A stretch of DNA of 64,000 nucleotides, taken from assembly GCA_003141835.1 (NCBI GenBank), contig PLNR01000002.1, positions 78,026 to 142,025 on the forward strand, given 5' to 3'. Below are positions 1 through 8,906 of the stretch, piece after piece. How positions within the stretch are numbered: the stretch's first letter is position 1; every line of letters starts with the position of its first letter. The position numbers were made by a program, and so were the translations under genes. Below the pieces are notes generated by a model. That model was not told the DNA's origin, ran no database searches, and saw nothing but the letters and a program-made list of their open reading frames with translations. Source of the stretch: Candidatus Omnitrophota bacterium (lineage in GTDB: Bacteria > Omnitrophota > Gorgyraeia > Pluralincolimonadales > Pluralincolimonadaceae).

Positions 1-948
1 GCCGGTCGCCTTGGACGCCAGGGCAGACGATCTCGATACCCTCGGGTTCATCTCGATTATTACCTGCCTTCCCGTGTCCGGATCTACGCCGAATTGTATA
101 TTAGAGCCCCCGGTCTCGACGCCTATCTCGCGTATGACCTTTATCGCCGAGTCCCTCATCACCTGGTATTCCCTGTCGGTCAAGGTCTGGGCGGGAGCCA
201 CTGTAATGGAATCGCCCGTGTGTATCCCCATCGGGTCGAAGTTCTCGATCGAGCATATTATTACGACGTTGTCCTTAAGGTCGCGCATGACCTCGAGCTC
301 GTACTCTTTCCATCCGACGACGGATTCCTCTATGAGGACCTCGCCTATCATACTTAAGGAGAGGCCTCTCCGCGCGATCTCCTCGAATTCTTTCCAGTCC
401 TCCGCTGTCCCGCCGCCTGTGCCGCCGAGCGTGAACGACGGCCTTATGACGAGCGGGAAGCCTATCTTTTCGGCGATCTCTTTCGCCTGCTTAATGTTGT
501 AGGCGAGGTCGCTCTTAGGCATGTCGAGCCCTATCTTGGTCATCGCCTCTTTAAAAAGTTTCCTGTCCTCGGCTTTTTTTATCGCCTCGGCTTTCGCTCC
601 TATCATCTCGACCCCGAATTTCTTCAGGATCCCCATATCGTGCAGTTGTATGGCGCAGTTTAAGCCCGTCTGCCCGCCGAGTGTAGGCAATAAGGCGTCA
701 GGCCTCTCTCTTTCTATTATCTTCGCTATCATCTCCGGAGTTATTGGTTCGATGTAAGTAACATCGGCCGTCTCCGGGTCTGTCATGATAGTGGCCGGGT
801 TGGAGTTGACGAGGATGACTTTGAACCCTTCTTCGCGCAGCGCTTTGCACGCCTGGGTACCGGAATAATCGAATTCGCAGGCCTGGCCTATCACTATCGG
901 GCCTGATCCTATTATCAATATCTTGTTTATGTTTGTCCTTTTAGGCAT
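1..948 (-). CDS. carB: Carbamoyl-phosphate synthase large subunit, N-terminal part; the gene runs off the window edge.
   Basis: Reverse-strand translation from ATG at 946-948 gives [33 protein letters not shown]..., the conserved CarB N-terminus. The start overlaps the carA stop by 8 nt (ATGCCTAA). The plus-strand ORF 11..502 is its shadow. Confidence 0.9.
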   Translation of the reverse strand, partial: MPKRTNINKILIIGSGPIVIGQACEFDYSGTQACKALREEGFKVILVNSNPATIMTDPETADVTYIEPITPEMIAKIIERERPDALLPTLGGQTGLNCAIQLHDMGILKKFGVEMIGAKAEAIKKAEDRKLFKEAMTKIGLDMPKSDLAYNIKQAKEIAEKIGFPLVIRPSFTLGGTGGGTAEDWKEFEEIARRGLSLSMIGEVLIEESVVGWKEYELEVMRDLKDNVVIICSIENFDPMGIHTGDSITVAPAQTLTDREYQVMRDSAIKVIREIGVETGGSNIQFGVDPDTGRQVIIEMNPRVSRSSALASKATG

Positions 949-2035
949 TTTTCCATTTGCTCATCAATGTTGCAAATTTATCGAAGAGGTGTTCCGCGTC
1001 GTGCGGGCCGGGGCACGCCTCAGGATGGTACTGCACGGAAAATAGCGGCAGCTTCTTGTGCTCCATCCCCTCTACCGTCTTGTCGTAAAGGTTTATATGC
1101 GTCAATACGACATCTTTATCCGGGATTGAATCTATATCCACCGCAAACCCGTGGTTCTGCGACGTGATATCGACTTTTCTCGTCCTCAGGTCCATCACAG
1201 GGTGGTTTCCGCCGTGGTGCCCGAATTTAAGCTTGTAGGTCTTTCCGCCGAGCGCCAGGCCAAGTATCTGGTGGCCGAGGCATATCCCGAATATCGGGAG
1301 CTTCCCGATCAGTTTTCTCACGGCTTCGATATGGTACGGCACGCCTTCGGGATCGCCGGGACCGTTCGAGAGGAATAGCCCGTCCGGCTTCAGCGCGAGT
1401 ACGTCTTCAGCCGTGGCCGAGGCAGGCAGGACCTTTACCTTGCAGCCTATCCTGCTCAAATTCCTGAATATGTTCAGCTTCGTCCCGCAATCTATCGCGA
1501 CGACGGTGAACCGCGCCTTGCCGCCTTTATCTTCCCAATCGAATGGCTTTTTGCATGTAACTTCTTTGACAAGGTCTCTTCCTAAGAGGCCGGGCGAGGC
1601 CTTTACTTTGTTAAGGAGGCCATTTCCATCCGAGTCCTCAGTCGAGATGGCGCATCTCATCGCGCCCTTGGTCCTTAATTTTCTCGTGATGGCCCTCGTA
1701 TCGACGCCTTGTATGCCGACTATCTTGTATTTTTTCATATAATCATCGAGCGTGGCTTTTTTCCGGTAATTCGACGCTATGCCGCTTAATTCTTTTATTA
1801 CGAAGCCCTCGGCCCACGGCCTGCATGATTCCGCATCCTCATCGTTTACGCCGTAATTGCCTATCAACGGGTAGGTCATCGTCACTATCTGGCCTTTATA
1901 CGACGGGTCTGTCAGGATCTCCTGGTATCCGAACATCGAGGTATTGAACACCAGCTCACCGAACGACTCGCCCTGCGCGCCGAACGACTCGCCCTTAAAC
2001 GTGCTTCCGTCTTCCAGTACAAGGTATGCTTTCAT
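941..2035 (-). CDS. carA: Carbamoyl-phosphate synthase small subunit, glutamine amidotransferase.
   Basis: ORF 941..2224 contains [19 protein letters not shown]... and the class I GATase motifs GICLGHQ and HPE. The true start is taken at M64 (ATG 2033-2035), because the upstream extension overlaps the lipoprotein gene. Confidence 0.88.
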   Translation of the reverse strand: MKAYLVLEDGSTFKGESFGAQGESFGELVFNTSMFGYQEILTDPSYKGQIVTMTYPLIGNYGVNDEDAESCRPWAEGFVIKELSGIASNYRKKATLDDYMKKYKIVGIQGVDTRAITRKLRTKGAMRCAISTEDSDGNGLLNKVKASPGLLGRDLVKEVTCKKPFDWEDKGGKARFTVVAIDCGTKLNIFRNLSRIGCKVKVLPASATAEDVLALKPDGLFLSNGPGDPEGVPYHIEAVRKLIGKLPIFGICLGHQILGLALGGKTYKLKFGHHGGNHPVMDLRTRKVDITSQNHGFAVDIDSIPDKDVVLTHINLYDKTVEGMEHKKLPLFSVQYHPEACPGPHDAEHLFDKFATLMSKWKNA

Positions 2036-2061
2036 CCTTAGCTTTTCATTCTCCGCTGAAT

Positions 2062-2376
2062 TTATAAGATCGGTTCCAGGGCCTCTTTCCCTTTCCCAAC
2101 GGCCTTGCCGATAAGGGACCTTTGGTAATTGACATAACCGAGGTTTTCTTTCGCCTTCTTGCCGTAATAGCTGTCCGGATATTTTTTTACCAGGAGGTCG
2201 TAATAATACTGGGAGGTGTCCCAATCCTTGATCTTGTATGCGAGATCTCCGGCGCTAAGCCAATCCTTCGCTTCAAGCTTTTCTTGGCCTTTAAGATACG
2301 GCGCCGGACTGGCGCACCCCAGAACAAAAACCAACGCCATCGCAAAAGCGAAGACCATCATCATCCTGCGGCCCAT
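2062..2376 (-). CDS. Small lipoprotein with a single TPR-like repeat, inserted inside the pyr/car operon.
   Basis: Signal peptide with lipobox (VFVLGC, then ASPAP). A Tyr- and Lys-rich TPR-like segment (YYYDLLVKKYPDSYYGKKAKENLGY). Which of the N-terminal Met codons is the start is uncertain. Confidence 0.55.
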   Translation of the reverse strand: MGRRMMMVFAFAMALVFVLGCASPAPYLKGQEKLEAKDWLSAGDLAYKIKDWDTSQYYYDLLVKKYPDSYYGKKAKENLGYVNYQRSLIGKAVGKGKEALEPIL

Positions 2377-2389
2377 AATACCCTCCTTT

Positions 2390-3679
2390 TTAATCGAATC
2401 TCCCGTTTTCGTATTTTATCTTTCCGCCCACTATAGTAATAAGAACCGCCCCGCCCATCTTCCTGCCGGCCAGCGGCGTGTTCTTCGATTTGGATTCTAT
2501 GCGTTTCTCGTCGACTACCCATTCCGCGGAAGGGTCGAATACCGTGACGTCGGCATCGCTTCCCGCGGCAAGCGAGCCCTTCCCGGTAAGGCCTAATATT
2601 TTTGAAGGGTTGACCGACATCTTCATTGCCAGGCCGCTCCAGTCGAGGACTTTGTTCTTTACCAGCTCGGTATTCGCAAGCGACAGGGCGAATTCGAGGC
2701 CTATCATCCCTGACGCGGCAAAATCAAACTCAAGGTCTTTCTCTTCCGCGGAATGCGGCGCGTGGTCAGTGGCTATAGCGTCTATGGTGCCGTCGGACAA
2801 TCCTTTTTTGACGGCCGCGATATCCTCTTTCGTCTTCAGCGGCGGATTCACCTTCGCCTTTGTATTAAAACCCAGCACCGCCTCTTCGGTGAGCGTGAAA
2901 TAATGCGGGCACGTCTCGCAAGTCACCTTGATGCCCCTCTTTTTCGCTTCCCTGACCGCTTCCACGCTTTCTTTTGCGGATAAATGGGCGATGTGCAGCT
3001 TCCCGCCGGTGAGCCCCGCTAATTCCATGTCCCTCATGACCATGACGGTCTCCGAGGCGCGCGGTATGCCTTTGAGCCCGAGCTTCGTGGAAACGAATCC
3101 TTCATTCATGACCCCGTTCCCGGACAAGTTTATATCCTCGCAGTGCGATATTATCGGAAGGCCGGACATCTTGGCGTATTCAAGCGCCCGTCTCAATATC
3201 TCGGCATTCATGACCGGCTTTCCGTCGTCGGAAAGGGCCTTTGCCCCAGCTTCGGCGATCTGGCCTATCTCGGTAAGTTCTTTCCCTTCGAGGCCTTTTG
3301 TTACCGCCGCGGCCGTGTAGACATTTATAAGCCCGGCCCTCGAGGCTTCTGCGTGGATGTACTCCACGACGCCTTTATTGTCTATGGCCGGGTTTGTATT
3401 CGCCATGCACAGCACCGAGGTAAACCCCCCTTTGAGCGCCGCCCTTGAACCGGTAAGGATCGTCTCCTCATCCTCCCTCCCTGGCTGCCTCAGGTGGGTA
3501 TGCATATCTATGAGGCCGGGGAAGACCAGTTTTCCTTTGCAATCTATCGTCTTGGCGCCGTTCGCCTTGATGTTCTTCCCGACCTGCGCTATCTTATCGC
3601 CTTTTATCAGGACGTCGGCTTCCGAGTCTACATTATTTGCGGGATCGACTACGTGTCCGCCCTTCAGGATGATATCCAT
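2390..3679 (-). CDS. pyrC: Dihydroorotase.
   Basis: 429 aa. Metal-binding HxH (DMHTHLRQPG), ...ATDHAPH..., and the amidohydrolase fold pattern typical of multimeric-type DHOase. Confidence 0.85.
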   Translation of the reverse strand: MDIILKGGHVVDPANNVDSEADVLIKGDKIAQVGKNIKANGAKTIDCKGKLVFPGLIDMHTHLRQPGREDEETILTGSRAALKGGFTSVLCMANTNPAIDNKGVVEYIHAEASRAGLINVYTAAAVTKGLEGKELTEIGQIAEAGAKALSDDGKPVMNAEILRRALEYAKMSGLPIISHCEDINLSGNGVMNEGFVSTKLGLKGIPRASETVMVMRDMELAGLTGGKLHIAHLSAKESVEAVREAKKRGIKVTCETCPHYFTLTEEAVLGFNTKAKVNPPLKTKEDIAAVKKGLSDGTIDAIATDHAPHSAEEKDLEFDFAASGMIGLEFALSLANTELVKNKVLDWSGLAMKMSVNPSKILGLTGKGSLAAGSDADVTVFDPSAEWVVDEKRIESKSKNTPLAGRKMGGAVLITIVGGKIKYENGRFD

Positions 3680-3680
3680 C

Positions 3681-4619
3681 TCATTCGATCCTCTCTTTTA
3701 CGCCTGACACCAGGTACAGAACCGCCATCCTCACCGCTATGCCGTTCGTCACCTGCTCAAGTATCACGGAATACGGCCCGTCGGCAACCTCAGGGGTGAT
3801 CTCGACCCCGCGGTTGATCGGCCCGGGATGCATTATAAGGACGTCTTTCTTCGCATATTTCATCTTTTCTGCGTCCAGCCCGAACTTCATGGCATACTCC
3901 CTGATTGACGGGAAGAGGCTCTGCCCCTGGCGCTCCAGCTGTATCCGCAGCATATTTATGACATCTGCGCCCTCGATCGCCTCTTTGATATCGTACGTCA
4001 CTTTTACGCCGAGTTTTTCTATCTCCGGAGGCATGAGCGTCGCCGGCCCGCAGACCGTGACTTTCGCGCCCATCTTTGTCAGCCCCCAGATATTGGACCT
4101 CGCCACCCTCGAGTGCGCGATGTCGCCTATTATTGAGACGTTAAGGCCGGCTATCTTTTTTTTGTGCTCTTTTATCGTGAAGATGTCGAGCAGGCCCTGC
4201 GTCGGGTGTTCGTGCGAACCGTCGCCGGCATTTATTATCGACGGTGAGACCGATTCGGCCAGGAGTTGCGGCGCGCCGGAGCATGAATGGCGCATTATTA
4301 TTATGTTCACTTTCATCGCTTCTATATTTTTTGCGGTATCCTTGAGCGTCTCCCCTTTCGTCAGGCTCGAGGCGTTTGTCTGTATATTCACCATGTCGGC
4401 GCTCATGCGTTTCGCGGCCAACTCGAACGAGGTGCGCGTCCTGGTCGACGGCTCGAAGAAGAAGAGGACGACGGTCTGGCCGCGGAGCGTCGGCACTTTC
4501 TTTATCGGCCTCTGCGAAATCTCCTTGAACGAGTCGGCGGTCTCGAGGATGAGCCCTATCTCATCCGCCGAGAGGGTCTCAAGACCCAGAAGGTCTTTTT
4601 TCGTCCACTTGACGGCCAT
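3681..4619 (-). CDS. pyrB: Aspartate carbamoyltransferase catalytic subunit.
   Basis: STRTR motif ([13 protein letters not shown]), HPxQ ([10 protein letters not shown]) and the C-terminal HPGP/LP motif ([12 protein letters not shown]). Confidence 0.9.
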   Translation of the reverse strand: MAVKWTKKDLLGLETLSADEIGLILETADSFKEISQRPIKKVPTLRGQTVVLFFFEPSTRTRTSFELAAKRMSADMVNIQTNASSLTKGETLKDTAKNIEAMKVNIIIMRHSCSGAPQLLAESVSPSIINAGDGSHEHPTQGLLDIFTIKEHKKKIAGLNVSIIGDIAHSRVARSNIWGLTKMGAKVTVCGPATLMPPEIEKLGVKVTYDIKEAIEGADVINMLRIQLERQGQSLFPSIREYAMKFGLDAEKMKYAKKDVLIMHPGPINRGVEITPEVADGPYSVILEQVTNGIAVRMAVLYLVSGVKERIE

Positions 4620-4621
4620 CT

Positions 4622-5170
4622 CTATTCCTCCATTTCGGCGACTATCACACCGTCTTCGCCGTCGGCTTCTTTTATCTTGACCTGAACGGTCTCTTTCTGG
4701 GACGTAGGTATATTCTTACCGGCGTAATCGGCCCTTATCGGCAGCTCGCGATGGCCCCTGTCGACCAGCACGGCCAGCTGTATGCTCTTCGGCCTGCCGA
4801 AGTCTATGAGAGCGTCGAGCGCGCATCTTATCGTCCTGCCGGTATAGAGGACGTCATCCACCAGGATTATAACCTTATCGTGTATGTCAAAATCTATCTC
4901 GGTCTTGTGGACGACCGGTTGTTCCGCGACGTCGGTAAGGTCGTCCCTGTACAGGGTGATGTCCAGGGCGCCCACCGGGATCTCCCTGTTGGCTATAGCC
5001 CCCATCTTCGCGGCGAGGCGGTCGGCCAGCAATGCGCCCCTCGTCCTGATCCCGACTATCGCGAGCCCGTCTACGGATTTGTTATTCTCGATTATCTCAT
5101 GCGCGATCCGCACCAGGGCGCTCTCGATCTGTCCGGCATCCATCACTTTTGCCTTCTCGCGAAGTTTCAT
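4622..5170 (-). CDS. pyrR: Bifunctional pyrimidine operon regulator and uracil phosphoribosyltransferase PyrR.
   Basis: 182 aa. PRTase motif [13 protein letters not shown]. Sits at the head of the pyrB-pyrC-carAB operon. Its own SD is GGAGGG, 4 nt before the ATG. Confidence 0.85.
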   Translation of the reverse strand: MKLREKAKVMDAGQIESALVRIAHEIIENNKSVDGLAIVGIRTRGALLADRLAAKMGAIANREIPVGALDITLYRDDLTDVAEQPVVHKTEIDFDIHDKVIILVDDVLYTGRTIRCALDALIDFGRPKSIQLAVLVDRGHRELPIRADYAGKNIPTSQKETVQVKIKEADGEDGVIVAEMEE

Positions 5171-5256
5171 GAAACCCTCCGGGCAACAAAATTGCCTGTC
5201 CCCGGCTCTTTGCCGAAAACAGGCAGAATATACTTTTTCTTATGGTTACAGCTCAT
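5167..5256 (-). CDS. Putative 29-aa pyr leader peptide (upstream ORF), translationally coupled to pyrR.
   Basis: Strong SD AAAAGGAGAGGAAG directly before ATG (5254-5256). Translation is [29 protein letters not shown]. The TGA stop overlaps the pyrR ATG (ATGA). The ORF encloses the terminator hairpin listed next. Confidence 0.4.
   Translation of the reverse strand: MSCNHKKKYILPVFGKEPGTGNFVARRVS
5185..5225 (-). terminator. Intrinsic terminator or attenuator hairpin in the pyrR leader.
   Basis: mRNA UGCCUGUUUUCGGC-AAAGA-GCCGGGGACAGGCA forms a 14-bp stem (7 bp + 3 G.U + 4 bp) with a 5-nt loop. AUUUUGUU follows immediately. It ends about 10 nt before the pyrR SD. Confidence 0.45.
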
Positions 5257-5361
5257 CTTCCTCTCCTTTTCCGGCCTCACTGGGCCAGATTAAAAGGTTA
5301 CTAAAAGTAAAATATATCATGCGGCCGCCTTATTGTCAAGGGCTAATTTCAGGCGGGGCGC

Positions 5362-7461
5362 CTACGGAGCATACCCTAACGAATCCGTAGGTATCGAATT
5401 AAAGAACTTCGAGACGACCTCGAACCCGGGCTTTGGCCTCCTGTCCCATGTCAGGATCCCCCAATACTCTTCGATATTCGGGTCCTGGACCGAGGGGTTG
5501 CCGCCCTTCCACCATTCATCCGTCCATTCAAATATCACTATGCCGGCCAGGTCCGTGCCGATGCTCTCTATCTGGGCCTTCAGGGCCTTGTCCTGGGTCT
5601 CTTTCTTGACGAAAGTGCTGTATCCGGTCTCGGTTATTAAAATGGGCTTATTGTATTTCTTTGATATCCCATTCATCTCTTTCACGGTGCCTATCGCGTC
5701 GTTTTTACCGCGCCAGTTGAAGCCGTGGCCGCCGATATAGGCGTTGCAGCCGATAACGTCGAGGAAATCGAACCCGAGGTCGAATCCCTTTACCTTGAGT
5801 ATGTTCGCTGCGGTCACCGGATGGCTTTTGTCCGCGGCCTTTACCGCGAGATATATATCTTTCATGAAATTATTTACCTTGTCGAAACCGTAGCGCGGCA
5901 CCGGGTTCCCCGGCTCGTCGTAACAGAACGGCGCGTCATTCCAGATGCTCCACATGAGTATGCAGCGCCTGTTCCTGTGTCTTTTCACGACGTCCAAGGC
6001 CATCTTCTTAAGGGCTTTGAGCTCGACATCGGACGAATAATCCGTGTAGGCGGAGGGATATATGACCTGCTCTATTATCTTTAAATTATACTTCTCTGCC
6101 AGGTCAAGCAGGGCATCGGGAAGGGGCTCGTAGGTCCTTATCGTGTTTACCCCGGCCTCCTTCATCATCCTGAAATCATTCTCGAAGACCGATAGGGGTA
6201 TTTTAGAGAAGCAACCGTCGACTCCCGGAGGCAACCCCGGGGCGCTTATCCCGTAGGCCACGCCCTTTATGAAAAATAACGTACCGTCGGCGTATATCCT
6301 GTTGCCCTTCACCACCACGCCGCGTTCCGGTATCTTCCTTGACACAAGGACTTCGGGCTCACCCGGCCTCTTTTCGACTATCACCTTCCCGGCTTTCTCC
6401 CTTTCGGCGGCCCGCTGCCTTTCCACTTCTTTCTGCTTTTCCACCTCTTTGGCGCGCTCTTCGAGGCGGATGCGCTCTTTCGCGAGCTCTGCGATCTCCT
6501 CGTCTGAAGGCGTCTCCATGGAAGATATCTGGGGACGCTTAAGCGTTATGACGCCTGTGGGCACCTCTACCCTCACTGAATCCGCCGTCTCGAGGATGAC
6601 TTTACCTACGACAACACCGCCGGCCGCGAGGGTGACCTTTACCGGCTTGGAAGCCCTTATCTCGGCCAGGACCTGAAGCTGCCCTTCGAGCGCTTTCTTG
6701 CCTTTGGCGACCTTCGAGAGCTCCTTATTGAGCTCTTCGGACCTGCCCTTCGCCGCAGCCAGCTCGGCTTCCAGTTTCGCTATCTCCTCGGGTTTAGCCT
6801 GGGCCTCGGCTTTCGCCGCCTCAAGCTTCTTCTCCAGGTCGGCCCTGTTTTGTTCGAATTCCTTGAATTTTATCTCGAGCTCGTCGCGGCTGGCCCTGAG
6901 CTCTTCGAGCGATGCGCTCAATTTCGAGCGTTCGGCCTCTATGATCGCGATCTTCTTCTCCGCTTCCTTCCGCAGCGCCTCTTTCTTTACCACCTCGACC
7001 CCGGTCACGGCGATAGTTGCTACCAAAATAATCATAACAGCAACTGCGATGACCGGCCTGAGCTGCAGCAGGTTGGCGTAATTTACTATGCTCTTTCTTT
7101 CTTTTTCGGATATCCGTTCGTAATAAATACCGATAAGGTATTTATTGGGGCGGCCTTCTACCGTCTTCTTGAGCCACGCAGCCTCAGCGACCGCGGCGAT
7201 CGGTTTGGCGGAGAACGGCATGTTGATCTGCAGGCGGAGTTTGGCGGATTTTTTGTTCAGTTTTTCGGCGAGGTCGTCTTTGAGGTTGTTGACCTCGAGG
7301 CACATGCCGCCTTCGCTGACGTCCCTTGTGAAGGCCTGGTGGAACTCGGAGTATATCTCTTTTTCGTCGAGGCTGACTATCTCGAACTCGACGGGGAAGA
7401 CTGTGCTAAGCCTTATATATCTTCTGCGCTCGATTCCGCCACTGTTTTGCGGTGTTTGCAT
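5362..7461 (-). CDS. PilZ-domain / transmembrane / coiled-coil / glycoside hydrolase (GH-A clan TIM barrel) fusion protein.
   Basis: N-terminal RxxxR (RRRYIRL) and DxSxGG (DVSEGGMCL) PilZ motifs. One TM helix (PVIAVAVMIILVATIAVTGV). About 200 aa of A/E/K-rich heptad coiled coil. C-terminal TIM-barrel hydrolase signatures (GVNTIRTY, MWSIWNDAPF, ILITETGY nucleophile-Glu context). Confidence 0.7.
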   Translation of the reverse strand: MQTPQNSGGIERRRYIRLSTVFPVEFEIVSLDEKEIYSEFHQAFTRDVSEGGMCLEVNNLKDDLAEKLNKKSAKLRLQINMPFSAKPIAAVAEAAWLKKTVEGRPNKYLIGIYYERISEKERKSIVNYANLLQLRPVIAVAVMIILVATIAVTGVEVVKKEALRKEAEKKIAIIEAERSKLSASLEELRASRDELEIKFKEFEQNRADLEKKLEAAKAEAQAKPEEIAKLEAELAAAKGRSEELNKELSKVAKGKKALEGQLQVLAEIRASKPVKVTLAAGGVVVGKVILETADSVRVEVPTGVITLKRPQISSMETPSDEEIAELAKERIRLEERAKEVEKQKEVERQRAAEREKAGKVIVEKRPGEPEVLVSRKIPERGVVVKGNRIYADGTLFFIKGVAYGISAPGLPPGVDGCFSKIPLSVFENDFRMMKEAGVNTIRTYEPLPDALLDLAEKYNLKIIEQVIYPSAYTDYSSDVELKALKKMALDVVKRHRNRRCILMWSIWNDAPFCYDEPGNPVPRYGFDKVNNFMKDIYLAVKAADKSHPVTAANILKVKGFDLGFDFLDVIGCNAYIGGHGFNWRGKNDAIGTVKEMNGISKKYNKPILITETGYSTFVKKETQDKALKAQIESIGTDLAGIVIFEWTDEWWKGGNPSVQDPNIEEYWGILTWDRRPKPGFEVVSKFFNSIPTDSLGYAP

Positions 7462-8228
7462 ATCCCTCTTTCCGATCGCTTGACGAATTCGACCATGTGC
7501 GCGGCTTCAGGCGCCAATTTCTCAAATTTGGATATTTCGGCCAACGCCTGCGAGACGTTAAGGCCGGAGCGGTAAAGCAGCCTGTATATCTTCTTGATCT
7601 GCGCCTTAGCGTCTTCGCCTAAAGTCGAGCGTTTCAGGCCGACGACATTCAACGAGCATGCTTCGGAATCGCCTTCGATAAGCGTGTAAGGCACGACGTC
7701 CTTGTTCACGCGCGCCAGCCCGCCTATCATTGCGAGCGTCCCGATCCTGACGAACTGGTGCAGTGTGACGTTACCGGAGATAAAAGCCGAGTCCTCGACC
7801 TCTATGTGCCCGGCGACGAGCGCGCCGTTGCATAATACTATATTATTCCCTATACGGCAGTCATGCGCGACGTGCGAGAACCCCATGAAGAAATTATCGT
7901 TCCCTATAACGGTCGCCGAGCCTTCCTCCAGCCCGCGGTGTATGCTCGTGTATTCCCTGAATATGTTCCTGTCGCCTATCTTAAGGAAGCTCTTGCCGCC
8001 TTTGAAATGCAGGTGCTGCGGCACATGGCCGATCACCGCGCCCATATGCACTTCGCAGTCCTTTCCGATCGTCGTCCCGGAACAGATATACGCGTGCGCG
8101 AGCACTATTGTGCCGCTGCCTATCGAGGCGCCGTCCTCGATAATAGCGTACGGCCCGACCTCAACTTCACCCAATTCGGCCTTTTTCCCCACGATAGCCG
8201 TGGGATGTATCTTAGCCACTCTCGCCAC
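7413..8228 (-). CDS. lpxA: UDP-N-acetylglucosamine O-acyltransferase.
   Basis: Left-handed beta-helix hexapeptide repeats throughout. An LpxA-like C-terminal helical domain. 271 aa. The stop lies 49 nt inside the start of the upstream PilZ-GH ORF. Confidence 0.8.
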   Translation of the reverse strand: MARVAKIHPTAIVGKKAELGEVEVGPYAIIEDGASIGSGTIVLAHAYICSGTTIGKDCEVHMGAVIGHVPQHLHFKGGKSFLKIGDRNIFREYTSIHRGLEEGSATVIGNDNFFMGFSHVAHDCRIGNNIVLCNGALVAGHIEVEDSAFISGNVTLHQFVRIGTLAMIGGLARVNKDVVPYTLIEGDSEACSLNVVGLKRSTLGEDAKAQIKKIYRLLYRSGLNVSQALAEISKFEKLAPEAAHMVEFVKRSERGICKHRKTVAESSAEDI

Positions 8229-8904
8229 CTCTTTTGGGATTAAGCACGACCAGGAATTCGCCCTTCGGTTTCGACTTTTCGAAGCGCACGGCTATCTCGC
8301 TCACCTTCCCGCGCAATACCTCCTCGAATTTCTTCGTCAATTCCCGCATGACGCAGATCCTGATATCGCCGAATACCTCAAGTATATCATATAAAGCCCT
8401 CAAAATCCTGTGCGGGGACTCATAAAATACGACGGTCCGTTTCTCGTCCTTGAATTCCGACAATTTATTCTTCCGCGCACCTGACTTGTTCGGCAGGAAT
8501 CCCTCAAAAATAAAACGGTCCGTAGGCATGCCCGATGTTATGAGGCCGAGGATGATAGCGGCCGGGCCGGGTATCCCGACGACGGTTATCCCCTCTTTTA
8601 TCGCGAGCGCTATTATGTGCGCCCCTGGGTCGGATATGCCCGGAGTCCCGGCGTCCGAGACGAGGGCTATATTCTTCCCTTCCTTCAGTAGCTTTATAAG
8701 GTGATCGCCTTTTGTTATCCTGTTGTGTTCGAAATAGCTGGTGAGCGGGACTTTAATGCCGTAGTGTTCAGTGAGTATCTTTGTGTGGCGGGTATCTTCG
8801 GCGGCGATGAGGTCGGCTTCCTTTAATATCTCGACCGCCCGGATAGTTATATCCTTAAGGTTGCCTATAGGCGTGGCGACTACATAGAGCGTTCCGGATG
8901 GCAT
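8212..8904 (-). CDS. rsmI: 16S rRNA (cytidine1402-2'-O)-methyltransferase.
   Basis: MPSGTLYVVATPIGNLKDIT...AEDTR... is the canonical RsmI tetrapyrrole-methylase-fold N-terminus. 230 aa. Confidence 0.85.
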   Translation of the reverse strand: MPSGTLYVVATPIGNLKDITIRAVEILKEADLIAAEDTRHTKILTEHYGIKVPLTSYFEHNRITKGDHLIKLLKEGKNIALVSDAGTPGISDPGAHIIALAIKEGITVVGIPGPAAIILGLITSGMPTDRFIFEGFLPNKSGARKNKLSEFKDEKRTVVFYESPHRILRALYDILEVFGDIRICVMRELTKKFEEVLRGKVSEIAVRFEKSKPKGEFLVVLNPKRGGESG

Positions 8905-8906
8905 TT

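Noticed and set aside
11-502. Plus-strand 163-aa ORF at the left edge, along with the many other opposite-strand ORFs lying inside the genes called here (for example 3739..4680, 6850..7575, 11514..12035, 15347..15952, 21248..21835, 23317..23895).
   Set aside because: They lie antisense within strongly supported conserved genes (carB, pyrB, gyrA, gyrB, yidC, mnmG and others). They have low-complexity or Ser/Pro/Arg-rich translations typical of shadow ORFs and lack RBS signals.
2036-2224. N-terminal 63-aa extension of the carA ORF (MGHLPVLLRPPGKK...).
   Set aside because: It overlaps the lipoprotein gene on the same strand in another frame. The conserved CarA N-terminus begins at [10 protein letters not shown], so the start was moved to 2035.
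5171-5361. Searched for a Bacillus-type PyrR binding loop (..UCCAGAGAGGCU..) in the pyrR leader.
   Set aside because: No match to the conserved loop was found on the transcribed strand. The leader-peptide plus terminator architecture was reported instead. A covariance-model search is still needed to be sure.
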